Origin: Chloroflexota bacterium
GTDB lineage: Bacteria > Chloroflexota > UBA11872 > UBA12225 > JAJDUF01
Assembly (NCBI GenBank): GCA_965238265.1
Contig: OZ250185.1
Location: 1,949,255-2,013,254 of the forward strand
Length of the DNA: 64,000 bases
Reading direction: 5' to 3'
A model generated the notes under the pieces. It made no database searches and had not been told where the DNA came from. It saw only the letters and a program-made list of their open reading frames with translations. Position numbers and translations under genes: made by a program. Positions 31,881 to 40,633 of the stretch are shown here, piece by piece; within the stretch, counting starts at the first letter, position 1; each line of letters opens with the position of its first letter.

Positions 31881-32732
31881 CTAGCCGCCGCGCAGCCGCG
31901 GCAGGCCGGCTGCGTGCCAGGCGGCGTTGAGCACGTCATACGACTGCCGGGCGGCAGCGAGGGGATCGTAGTCTGGCCGGGCCTGGACCTGCTTGCTGAT
32001 TTCTACCGTAATCGAGCCGGTGTAGCCCGCCGCATCCATCGCCTTGAGGTACCGCGCATAGTCCATCTCCCCCTCGCCAGGGATCAGGAACTCGTAGTCG
32101 GGCACCACGCCGCGCTCGTCCTTGACGTGGGTGTGGACGCTCACCGGGGCCATGGGCGGTACGGTTTCCTCGATGCTCATGCCCTGGACATTGAAGTGAC
32201 TAATATCAAAGTTCACTTTCAGCCACGGTGAATCAACCTGGTCGAGCAGCCAGAGCGTCTTGTTTGGTGAGTTCAAGCCCTGGCCAACGTGCGGCTCCAG
32301 CGCGATCACCACGCCCTGAGACTCGCCGTAGCGCGTAAGTTCGCCCAGCCGCTCGACGGCCAGCGCCTTATCGTCCTCCCAGCGCTCCGGCGCGCCGCCG
32401 GTGGCGGTATTCAGCGGTGGTGGCCCATCAGCCCCGGCTAAGTCCACGGCGAGGTCTACCGTCGCTTGCAGGCGAGCGAGGTTCTGCCGGTACTCAGCTT
32501 CAGGTGTGAGCACGGGGACGTGTCCGGCAATCGCCGGGAGGTCTACTTGGTAGTCGTCGTAGAGCTGGCGAATTGCGCGTCGGGCCGGAGCGTCGAGAGT
32601 GGACAACTCGGTTACCCAGCCCGGGATGACAGTCAGTTCGACAGCCTCGAATCCCAGCTTGGCGAGATATGGAATCGCCACTGCGGCCGGCAAGGTCGGC
32701 ATGCCCCAGGTGCTATAACCGAGCTGCATCAT
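31881..32732 (-). CDS. sugar phosphate isomerase/epimerase (xylose-isomerase-like TIM barrel)
   Basis: The length and motif distribution (E...D...H...E metal ligands) are typical of the AP_endonuc_2 / TIM-barrel family. Confidence 0.6.
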   Translation of the reverse strand: MMQLGYSTWGMPTLPAAVAIPYLAKLGFEAVELTVIPGWVTELSTLDAPARRAIRQLYDDYQVDLPAIAGHVPVLTPEAEYRQNLARLQATVDLAVDLAGADGPPPLNTATGGAPERWEDDKALAVERLGELTRYGESQGVVIALEPHVGQGLNSPNKTLWLLDQVDSPWLKVNFDISHFNVQGMSIEETVPPMAPVSVHTHVKDERGVVPDYEFLIPGEGEMDYARYLKAMDAAGYTGSITVEISKQVQARPDYDPLAAARQSYDVLNAAWHAAGLPRLRGG

Positions 32733-32896
32733 GGTGACGTACTCCTTCCATTGGGCGCCAGCGTTGGCACGACTGAGATCATAGCAGGATGCGGTGCTGT
32801 TAAGCGGACTACCCGGCGATAACCACCAGCGCAGTGGCTACCTATCCGCGCTGAGAGCCGGTGATTGGTGACAGCTTGATATGGTATAAGTAGGCT

Positions 32897-33109
32897 ATGA
32901 CGACGACATCCCCACCACTTGACCCCGAGTCCCTGGTGGCTCGCATCATCGGCGAACTGCAAGCGACCCCTGGCGCTCAGACGCTGTTGCTGCGCGCCTT
33001 GCTCACCAACGAGTTTCGGGGTATGCCGCTACGCTTGGAGCGTATCGAGGCCGATGTCCGCGAGCTTACGGCTCGCAGGAGGCGCATCGAACCCACATGG
33101 GGCGCTTAG
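32897..33109 (+). CDS. hypothetical small protein (70 aa), the first gene of a two-gene lower-GC cassette
   Basis: The ORF has a promoter-like TATAAG 6 nt upstream of its ATG, and its stop overlaps the ATG of the next ORF. Confidence 0.4.
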   Translation: MTTTSPPLDPESLVARIIGELQATPGAQTLLLRALLTNEFRGMPLRLERIEADVRELTARRRRIEPTWGA

Positions 33110-33561
33110 AAGCCGACCTCGCGGTCCTCAAGGTAAACATGCCGGATGAGAGGCTCTATCGATGGATTCGCTCGCTTCTCATATGCAGACTTGACCTGCG
33201 CCGGTCACGGGTGATGCAGAGTCCGGTGTCGGACACCAGCCCCGAGCTGTACGAGCCAGTTGAAGAAGCCTTTGACAATGGTGTCATCACCGACGCGCAG
33301 GAAACCCGCATCAGTACGACGGACATCATTCTTCGCGCCCAACGCAAGGCTGACCGCTCCCCGGTCTGGGTGGCCGTCGAAGTCTCCAACGACATCAGCC
33401 AACGCGACATCGAGCGGGTGCGGCAGTCCGCCGATGCCCTGAGCGTCGTACTCCAACAGGACACCATGGCGGTCGTTGCCGGCTATCGCCTCCATTCCCA
33501 GGACCAGGAGCGAGCGCGCAAGGCTGAGGTGGTTGCGCTCGTCATCGGGGAGAACGGATAG
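33097..33561 (+). CDS. hypothetical protein (154 aa), possibly a PD-(D/E)XK-like (Uma2/DUF820-like) fold
   Basis: The segment PVWVAVEVSNDISQRD resembles the PD...EV(L/V)SPS core of Uma2-type putative endonucleases. The match is weak. Confidence 0.35.
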   Translation: MGRLEADLAVLKVNMPDERLYRWIRSLLICRLDLRRSRVMQSPVSDTSPELYEPVEEAFDNGVITDAQETRISTTDIILRAQRKADRSPVWVAVEVSNDISQRDIERVRQSADALSVVLQQDTMAVVAGYRLHSQDQERARKAEVVALVIGENG

Positions 33562-33896
33562 ACGCCCTCGGGAACACGGGTCAAGTGCGGCTGACATGGT
33601 TAGGCCGGCCCTTCCCCGTGCTGGCGCGGGCCTGACCGGCCCATGGCCACAGCGCCTAGAAAGCAGGGAGCGACCCGCCAAAGCCACAGGTGGAGATCGT
33701 CATGCTGATGATGACGAGGAGGCCGATGCCGGTCAGGATGGCGGCGGACCACCGCCGCCGACCGCGGTCGGCGCGGCCCGTTCTGGGCAGGGTATTGGCG
33801 GTCCGGGCAGCCCGCGCCCGTCGCTTGCTGGTAGTGGAGCGCTTGCTTCGTGGCATGATGGTATCCCGACTCCCTGATGCACGCGGCGGACATGAG

Positions 33897-34631
33897 TCAC
33901 CGGCGCGGTAGGGCCCGCAGCGTGCGACGCATGCGTAACAAGCCCCTGATGTCGGCTATGGCGGTAGGTACGATGCTGACGCGCGAGTCCAAGTCCTCCA
34001 CCCACTCGACGGGCACCTCAGCGATGCGGTACCCCAGATGCTCGGCGAGGAGCAACAGCTCGGTGTCGAAGAACCAGCTGGTGTCCTCGATCAGCCGCAG
34101 CAACTCATCCGCGGCACGGCGCGTAAGAGCCTTGAAGCCGCACTGCGCGTCGGAGAAATGATGCCAGAACAGCACCTTAATCAGCAGATTGTACCCCTGC
34201 GACAAGACCTCTCGCCTGACAGAGCGGCGGATGCGCGAGGCCGGCATCAGGCGCGAGCCAATCGCCACGTCATGGCCTTGTCGTAGCGCATCGAGCAGGA
34301 GGCGGAAGGCCAGCAGATTCGTCGAAAGGTCCACGTCCATATAGGCCACGAGGTCGGAGTCCGTGGCCCGCCAGGCGTGCTTGAGTGCCCGGCCCCGGCC
34401 GCGTTGGGCTAGGTAGAGGTAGGCAACGTCGGCGTATTCTTGCGCCAGGGTTTGGGCTTCGGCTGCCGTAGCGTCGGTCGAGCCATTGTCGGCAATGATG
34501 ACGCGGCACTCATAGCCGGCAGCCGCCGCGACGTGCTCGTTCAGAAAGGCGCGGAGGATCAGCACCTGCCGCCGGAGCGTAGCGGCCTCGTTGAGCACCG
34601 GGATGACTACGGAGACGGTCAGCAGGTCCAT
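33897..34631 (-). CDS. glycosyltransferase family 2 (dolichyl/polyprenyl-phosphate sugar synthase-like)
   Basis: VSVVIPVLNEAATL is followed by IIADNGSTD and a DxD-like YMDVDLS segment. Confidence 0.85.
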   Translation of the reverse strand: MDLLTVSVVIPVLNEAATLRRQVLILRAFLNEHVAAAAGYECRVIIADNGSTDATAAEAQTLAQEYADVAYLYLAQRGRGRALKHAWRATDSDLVAYMDVDLSTNLLAFRLLLDALRQGHDVAIGSRLMPASRIRRSVRREVLSQGYNLLIKVLFWHHFSDAQCGFKALTRRAADELLRLIEDTSWFFDTELLLLAEHLGYRIAEVPVEWVEDLDSRVSIVPTAIADIRGLLRMRRTLRALPRR

Positions 34632-34759
34632 GGGCTAGTTCCGTATAAGCGCGCGCCGCTACTCGATGTTGCGCCGGGAGAGCTTCCGCGATCCAGGACG
34701 GTCGCCGCGATTATAGCAGCGGTCCGCTTGCCTCTCTCCTGGCGAGGATCGCTCCTGTC

Positions 34760-34996
34760 ATGGGGATGCTAGACTGGAACATGGGGAGCATACGCATGGA
34801 TAGAGTGGAGAAGTCTCGGCCGGCGTGGTTAGTTGCGTTGTTGGAAGAGTTGCACACACCCCTTTCGGCCGCGGACAGGGCAGCACTACACGAGGCCGGC
34901 CGGTGTATGGATGCCCACCGGGTCAAGCTGGGTCCCGGAGCCAAAGTCCCGGAGATGGTTCGAGCCGAGCGCGGTACCGGCTATGAGGGCGTTTGA
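34760..34996 (+). CDS. putative antitoxin, partner of the downstream PIN-domain gene
   Basis: It is a small ORF whose 3' end overlaps the start of the vapC-like gene by 14 nt, which is typical toxin-antitoxin organisation. The assignment rests on context only. Confidence 0.35.
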   Translation: MGMLDWNMGSIRMDRVEKSRPAWLVALLEELHTPLSAADRAALHEAGRCMDAHRVKLGPGAKVPEMVRAERGTGYEGV

Positions 34997-35441
34997 GACG
35001 TACCGGCACATCGTCCCCGACACCAGTGTAGCTGGGAAATGGTACTTGGACGATGAATCGCTCGTTCAGCGGGCCCGGCTGCTTTTCAGATCTGTCGAAA
35101 CTGGGGAGATGCGTGCTATTGTGCCGTCCTGTTTCTGGTACGAACTTGGTGGCCTCGTGCGCTGATCGGAGCGACGGCGGCGGATATCAGGTACTGCGGC
35201 GGACAGGATCATGCGCGATATTCAGCGCTTGCGTCTGCCTGAGCTTGACTGCCATCTGCTCCTCGTGGATGCACACGATGTATCGCGCGCCTTCGACGTA
35301 TCGCTCTATGATGCTTTCTTTCTTGTCACGGCTACCCTGACAGACTCGGCCCTCATTACAGCCGACTTGCCCCTTTATGCTAAGGCGCAAGTGACCGGAA
35401 ACGTCTACTTACTACAGGATGTTCCCCTGCCAACGGAGTAG
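34983..35441 (+). pseudogene. vapC: VapC-like PIN-domain toxin interrupted by an in-frame TGA (35163-35165)
   Basis: The N-terminal half of the PIN domain (MRAFETYRHIVPDTSVAGKWYLDDE) sits in ORF 34833..35165, and the C-terminal half (LLLVDAHD ... YDAFFLVTATLTDSALITAD) in ORF 35211..35441. Both halves are in the same frame and are separated only by the TGA. Confidence 0.65.
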
Positions 35442-35470
35442 TGTGACTGCCGCTGCCGCAGGATGGCGCT

Positions 35471-37339
35471 CTAGCTGGTAGCGGGGCTGGGAACCGGGGC
35501 TTCGACGTAGTCCGGCTCATCTTCGCTGGTGCTGAATCCGGTGGTATAGAGCCGGAAGTAGTAGCCCTCCGCGGCCAACAGCCCTGCGTGGGTGCCCTGT
35601 TCCACGAGCCGGCCGCGATCCAGCACCAAAATCCGGGTGGCGTTCTTGATCGTCGAGAGGCGGTGGGCAATGATGAGCGCCGTGCGATCTTGCATCAGCC
35701 GGTCCAAGCCCCGTTGAATCAGTAGCTCCGTCTCCGTATCTACCGACGAGGTGGCCTCATCGAGAATGATGATCCGCGGGTCAATGAGCAAGGCGCGTGC
35801 CAACGAGATGAGCTGTCGCTGCCCCCCCGACAGGTTGCCGCCCCGCTCTTCGACAATCGAGTCATAGCCGTCCGGTAGCCCGGCGATAAATGGATGCAGC
35901 CCCACGAGCTTACTGGCCTGCACAATGTCCTCGTTGGCGGCCTCCGGCCAACCATAGGCGATGTTCTCGCGGACCGTGCCGGCAAACAGGAACGGCTCCT
36001 GGAGTACCAACCCGATCTGCCGGCGCAGGCTCTTCTGGGTAACTGCGCGCACATCGTGCCCATCAATCAGCACGGCGCCGCTCTCCACGTCGTAGAAGCG
36101 CATGAGGAGACGGATAATCGTACTCTTGCCGGCCCCGGTGCGCCCGATGAAGGCGAAGCGGTCGCCAGGATTGACCGTGAATGACAAGTCTTCGAAGACG
36201 GGTACCTGGGGATGGTAGCCGAAGCCCACGTGGTCGAACTCGATGTGCCCCTTCACCACTGGCAGCGTGCTGGCGTCGGGGCGATCCGCGACCTCGATCT
36301 TGGTCTCCAGCAGACCAAAAATGCGCTCGCCTGCGGCCATGGCCGCTTGCAGCACGTCAAACCGCGTAGTGAGGTCCCGGATCGGCTCGAAGAACCGGGT
36401 GATGAACAGCATGAAGGCCGTCAGCACGCCGATGGTCAGCTCGGAGGCGGCATCACCGAGGATCCACTGCCCGCCTACCCAGAGCAGCAGCACCGTGGCG
36501 GCGGCATCCAGCAGGTCCGTCACCGGGAAGATGCCCGCGTGTGGGCCGATGGTAGCGTAGGTGGCCTGGAGATTATGGTCGTTCACAATATCGAACTGGG
36601 CTGCATTGCGCTCCTCGCGGCGAAAAGCCTGCACAATACGCATCCCCACAATGTTCTCGGCGAGGTTGGCGTTCATATCGGCCATGGCCAGCCGCAGCCG
36701 CCGGTAGGCGTTCCGGCCGTACTTGGCAAATAGGCGGGCAATCACGTACATCACCGGCAAGACCGTGAACGTCACGAGGGTGAGCTTCCAGCTCATGCTC
36801 GCCATGACCGCAATCGTCCCGACGAGCAGGACGAAATCGGCGATGGTGCTCGTCAGGCCTTGCGTCAGCACTTCGTTCAGTGCCGTGACGTCGGACGTTT
36901 GCCGCGAGATGATCTCACCGACTGCGGTCCGGTCGTAGTAGCGCAACGAGAGCGACTGCAAGTGCGTAAACAGGCGGCTGCGAATATCGAGCAAGACCCG
37001 CTGTCCTACCCAGGAGAGCAGGTACGTTTGGGCGTAGGAAACGGCCCAGAAGACGACCAGCGAGGCGAGAAACGCGAGGGCCGTTGTATTCAGGATGCCC
37101 AAGTTGCCGGGCCGGTCGTCCGTCCCGATACCGTGATCAATGGCAATCTGCAACAGCCACGGCTGCGCCAGCATCGTGCCCGAGACGACCACCACAAGGA
37201 GGAACGCGAGGGCCATCCGGCGATGATACGGGTACAGCAGCCCACCGAAGCGGCTCAGGACATCGCGGTCGGTCAGGCGGCGCGCGTTCGGATCATAGTC
37301 CGGGAGGTCAGCGTAGAAGTTCATCCAGCGGCCGCCCAT
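35471..37339 (-). CDS. ABC exporter, fused permease and ATPase (ABCB-type), subunit 2 of a heterodimeric pair
   Basis: An N-terminal 6-TM domain is followed by Walker A (GRTGAGKST), the signature (LSGGQRQLISLARAL) and Walker B (IILDEATSSVD). Confidence 0.9.
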   Translation of the reverse strand: MGGRWMNFYADLPDYDPNARRLTDRDVLSRFGGLLYPYHRRMALAFLLVVVVSGTMLAQPWLLQIAIDHGIGTDDRPGNLGILNTTALAFLASLVVFWAVSYAQTYLLSWVGQRVLLDIRSRLFTHLQSLSLRYYDRTAVGEIISRQTSDVTALNEVLTQGLTSTIADFVLLVGTIAVMASMSWKLTLVTFTVLPVMYVIARLFAKYGRNAYRRLRLAMADMNANLAENIVGMRIVQAFRREERNAAQFDIVNDHNLQATYATIGPHAGIFPVTDLLDAAATVLLLWVGGQWILGDAASELTIGVLTAFMLFITRFFEPIRDLTTRFDVLQAAMAAGERIFGLLETKIEVADRPDASTLPVVKGHIEFDHVGFGYHPQVPVFEDLSFTVNPGDRFAFIGRTGAGKSTIIRLLMRFYDVESGAVLIDGHDVRAVTQKSLRRQIGLVLQEPFLFAGTVRENIAYGWPEAANEDIVQASKLVGLHPFIAGLPDGYDSIVEERGGNLSGGQRQLISLARALLIDPRIIILDEATSSVDTETELLIQRGLDRLMQDRTALIIAHRLSTIKNATRILVLDRGRLVEQGTHAGLLAAEGYYFRLYTTGFSTSEDEPDYVEAPVPSPATS

Positions 37340-37341
37340 GA

Positions 37342-39321
37342 CTAGCGCTGCTCCTTCCGCACGCCATCGCCACGTGCCGGGTCCCCGTTCGAGGCCCCGT
37401 CATGGGGCGTTGCGTTTTCCTCTTCCGACTGCCGGCGAGCGGCCAGGTACTCCTCCTGGTCGCGCATCTGTACCTCATAGATCTGCTGGTAGGGGCCGTC
37501 TTGGCGGATGAGCGCCTCGTGTGTGCCGCGCTGGACGATCTTCCCCTGCTCCATGACCAGCACCTGATCGGCGCGTTTGACGGTCGAGAGCCGATGGGCG
37601 ATGACGAACGTGGTCTTCCGGCTCATCACTTCCTGGAGCGCCTGCTTGATGCGGTATTCCGTCTCCATGTCTACGCTGGAGGTCGCATCGTCCAGGATCA
37701 GGATGCGCGGCTCGACGAGGATGGCGCGGGCCAACGATACCCGCTGGCGCTGGCCACCGGACAGCATCGCGCCGCGGTCGCCGACCTGAGTCTCGTAGCC
37801 GTCGGAAAGACTCGAGGCAAAGTGATGCGCCTCGGCGTGCGTGGCAGCGCCCTCTACGGCCGGCAGCTCAGAGTCCGGTCGCCCGTAGGCAATGTTGCTA
37901 CGCACGCTCTCCGAGAAGAGGAACGGGTCCTGGGGCGCGACGGTCATGTGCTGACGCAGGCTTCTGATCGTGACATCACGCACGTCATGACCGTCAATGA
38001 GCACCCGTCCGCTCGTGGCGTCGTAGAACCGGGGGATGAGGCCGGTCAGGGCGCTCTTACCGGCGCCCGTCTCGCCGACCAAGGCGACGACTTCGCCTGG
38101 CTTGGCCACGAGATTGATGTCTTGCAGCACCGGGATACCCGGCTCGAACTCGAACGAGACGTGCTCCAGGCGGACTTCACCCTCGATCTCGCCTAGCTCG
38201 CGAGCGCCCTCCTGATCATGGACCTCCGGGATCGTATCGAGCACTTCGAAAATGCGCCGCGCGGAGGCGCCGGCACCGGCAACCATGCTGATGATCCAGC
38301 CAAATCGGCGACTCGGCCCAATCAGGCGGTTGAGGAGGAACTGGAACCCGATCAGGAGACCAATGGTCACCGTACCGTCGAGTACGAGCCGGCCGCCCCA
38401 CCAGATGACGAGGATGGCCCCTAGCCCGGCAATGGCCATGAGTAGCGGCTGACGCTGCGCCATAGCACGCGCCAGCCGGATAGCGCGCTGGAACAGCTCC
38501 TCGGTGGTTTGCTGGAACTTGGCGATCTCGCGTGGCTCCTGCGCGAAGGCTTTCACAACGCGCACGCCGGTCGCGTTTTCGGCCATGATGCCAGTCACCG
38601 TGCCGTAGTGCTGCTGCACCTGGCCGTAGAGCGGGCCGGCGATGTTCCCAAAGCTGAGGCCGGCCCAGATCATCAGGGGTAAGGTCACGAGCGCGAGCAG
38701 AGTCAACTGCCAGTTCCAGAAGAACATCACTCCCAGCGTAATGAGGTAGGTCCCCGCGGCCACGACAAAGCCCGTCGTGCCGTGGCCCATGAAACGCTGT
38801 ACCGCCTCCACGTCGGAGGTCGCGCGGGCGATGAGCTGCCCGGTATCCGCGCGATCCAAGTAGGCAAACGACATCCGCTGCAAGGCCGCATAGACCTCCT
38901 TACGGATATCGCGCGCGGCGCGCGCCTCGTAGACGTGGAAGAGCGAATAGTAGCCGTAGCCGATGATCGCTTTGGTGAGGAACAACCCGGTCGCGATCAG
39001 CAGTGCCTTGGTGAGCACGTCCGGGTTACCCGCGGCGATGCCGTCATCAATCGCCCACTGGATTTGCCTGGGAATAGCCATGTCCATGGAGATGGAGACG
39101 AGCCAACAGGCATAGCTGATCGCGATAAGGTGCCAGTAGGGACGGAGATACCCCAGCACGCGGAGGATATCCCGCCACGAGCCAGCACCACCGGAGCCAA
39201 GTGTGAGCGAGCGGGGCACCCGCGTGCCCGACCCGGTGCGGCCGAAGCCGCTACCCATACTTCCGGAGCCAAAGCCGATCATGCGTTCTCTACCGTAATC
39301 CCGGCTTGCCGGCTGCCACAA
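37342..39321 (-). CDS. ABC exporter, fused permease and ATPase (ABCB-type), subunit 1
   Basis: Walker A (GETGAGKSA), the signature (LSGGQRQRVSLARAI) and Walker B (LILDDATSSVD) are present. Confidence 0.9.
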   Translation of the reverse strand: MWQPASRDYGRERMIGFGSGSMGSGFGRTGSGTRVPRSLTLGSGGAGSWRDILRVLGYLRPYWHLIAISYACWLVSISMDMAIPRQIQWAIDDGIAAGNPDVLTKALLIATGLFLTKAIIGYGYYSLFHVYEARAARDIRKEVYAALQRMSFAYLDRADTGQLIARATSDVEAVQRFMGHGTTGFVVAAGTYLITLGVMFFWNWQLTLLALVTLPLMIWAGLSFGNIAGPLYGQVQQHYGTVTGIMAENATGVRVVKAFAQEPREIAKFQQTTEELFQRAIRLARAMAQRQPLLMAIAGLGAILVIWWGGRLVLDGTVTIGLLIGFQFLLNRLIGPSRRFGWIISMVAGAGASARRIFEVLDTIPEVHDQEGARELGEIEGEVRLEHVSFEFEPGIPVLQDINLVAKPGEVVALVGETGAGKSALTGLIPRFYDATSGRVLIDGHDVRDVTIRSLRQHMTVAPQDPFLFSESVRSNIAYGRPDSELPAVEGAATHAEAHHFASSLSDGYETQVGDRGAMLSGGQRQRVSLARAILVEPRILILDDATSSVDMETEYRIKQALQEVMSRKTTFVIAHRLSTVKRADQVLVMEQGKIVQRGTHEALIRQDGPYQQIYEVQMRDQEEYLAARRQSEEENATPHDGASNGDPARGDGVRKEQR

Positions 39322-39716
39322 CGCAGGCAGCTGCGCCGGTCCCTTTGGTCGGCCGCAAGACGATGGAGGAGAAATCTCATTGCTGCGCTATTGGTGAGCA
39401 CCAGCGATGGTACCACGCTCCAACCCTAACGGCCACGTCAAAGTCGGCCGGCCAAGACGAAGCACTGTTTATTGCCAGCACGCGGCGCTGACTGGGGTAG
39501 GTTTTTCAGCGGGAGGCGGGTTGGGCCTACCCCCCGGCCCCCTCTCCACACGAAAACCTATACCTGTCAACTATGGTCTCCCCGCTCCGCAGGGGGACGG
39601 TCTCTTCTCTTTTCCATTTGATTGTGCAGGCCTGGCACGTCACTGTCGTGTACGCTCAGAGTCGGAGCGGCTGGCCCGCGGCACGAAACCGGCCGCCGAA
39701 GGCACAGGAAGCACCG

Positions 39717-40418
39717 ATGCCGGACACCTCCCCCGAGGCTGACCAGTGGATGCAGTCTGCATCGGTACAGGCCGGGCTGGCCGCGCTGCGCCGCCACGTT
39801 GAAGGCCACCGGCGCGGCCGCATTTTTGCCCTCTCTGCGCCATCGGGAGCTGGCAAGGACAGTGTGATCGAGCGGCTGAAGCAGGACAAGGTGGCAATCA
39901 GCTATACGTTGCACACGACCACGCGCCGGCCACGGCCCGATGAGATTGACGGCGAGCACTATCGCTTTATCACGCCGGATGAGTTCTCTGCCGAGCGCGA
40001 CCGTGGCGGTTTCCTGGAGTGGGCAGCCTACCTCGACAGTTGCTATGGCACGCCGCGTGCGCCGGTGGAGCAGGCGCTGGGGCATGGGGAGGATGTGCTG
40101 GTCAAGCCCGATGTCCAGGGCGCGATGCAAATTCATGCCCTGTATCCTGATGCCGTCCTGATTTTTTTGGCGCCGCCGACGACCGCTGTGCTGGTCTCCC
40201 GGCTGTCCGGCCGCGGCACCGAGAGCCACGCGGAGCGGCGGCGCCGCGTCGAACGATCACTGGCGGAGATTGCTCATATCCCGCAGTACGACTATCTGGT
40301 CATCAACCACCATGGACGGCTCGACGACACCGTGGCCAAGGTCAAGGCCATTATCGTCGCCGAGCAACAGCGCGTGCGCGCAGTGCCGCACCTCCCGGCC
40401 GGCCGCCGCGCGAGGTAG
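39717..40418 (+). CDS. gmk: guanylate kinase
   Basis: The P-loop (SAPSGAGKDSV) is present and the family core continues through the TTRRPRPDEIDGEHYRFI segment. Start was taken at the internal ATG (MPDTSP); the track ORF begins upstream inside a repeat region. Confidence 0.9.
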   Translation: MPDTSPEADQWMQSASVQAGLAALRRHVEGHRRGRIFALSAPSGAGKDSVIERLKQDKVAISYTLHTTTRRPRPDEIDGEHYRFITPDEFSAERDRGGFLEWAAYLDSCYGTPRAPVEQALGHGEDVLVKPDVQGAMQIHALYPDAVLIFLAPPTTAVLVSRLSGRGTESHAERRRRVERSLAEIAHIPQYDYLVINHHGRLDDTVAKVKAIIVAEQQRVRAVPHLPAGRRAR

Positions 40419-40446
40419 TAGTATTCACATGGATGGACGGTGGATA

Positions 40447-40582
40447 GGGGCACGATGAATCGTGCCCTGGCGGTCGTCATTCCGGTTTGTGCCGGAATCC
40501 ACATCCTCCTCCCATCTCGTCATTCCGGCCTTGAGCCGGAATCCAGCGGCGGGGCATGGATTCCCGCTTTCGCTGGAATGAT
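40447..40582. repeat. composite intergenic repeat: the hairpin gggcacgatgaatcgtgccc, followed by three dRS3-like hairpins (gtcattccggtttgtgccggaatcc; gtcattccggccttgagccggaatcc; ggattcccgctttcgctggaatgat)
   Basis: Seen directly. The stems differ from one another by complementary, paired base changes. Confidence 0.85.
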
Positions 40583-40633
40583 GGGCGGCGCGGCATATTG
40601 ACATCCCGTTGACATCGCAGGGAGGCAAAGTAC

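Noticed and set aside
32840-32896. TPP-riboswitch-like CUGAGA element upstream of ORF 32897
   Set aside because: Only the hexamer matches. The flanking sequence lacks the conserved ACCC / GGG pairing and pyrimidine-sensing helices of THI-box elements.
33062-33112. ORFs 32897..33109 and 33097..33561 being a single frameshifted gene
   Set aside because: The junction has the classic overlapping stop/start arrangement (ATGGGGCGCTTAG) of translationally coupled genes, and the second ORF starts with a proper ATG. This was kept as two genes, with the alternative noted.
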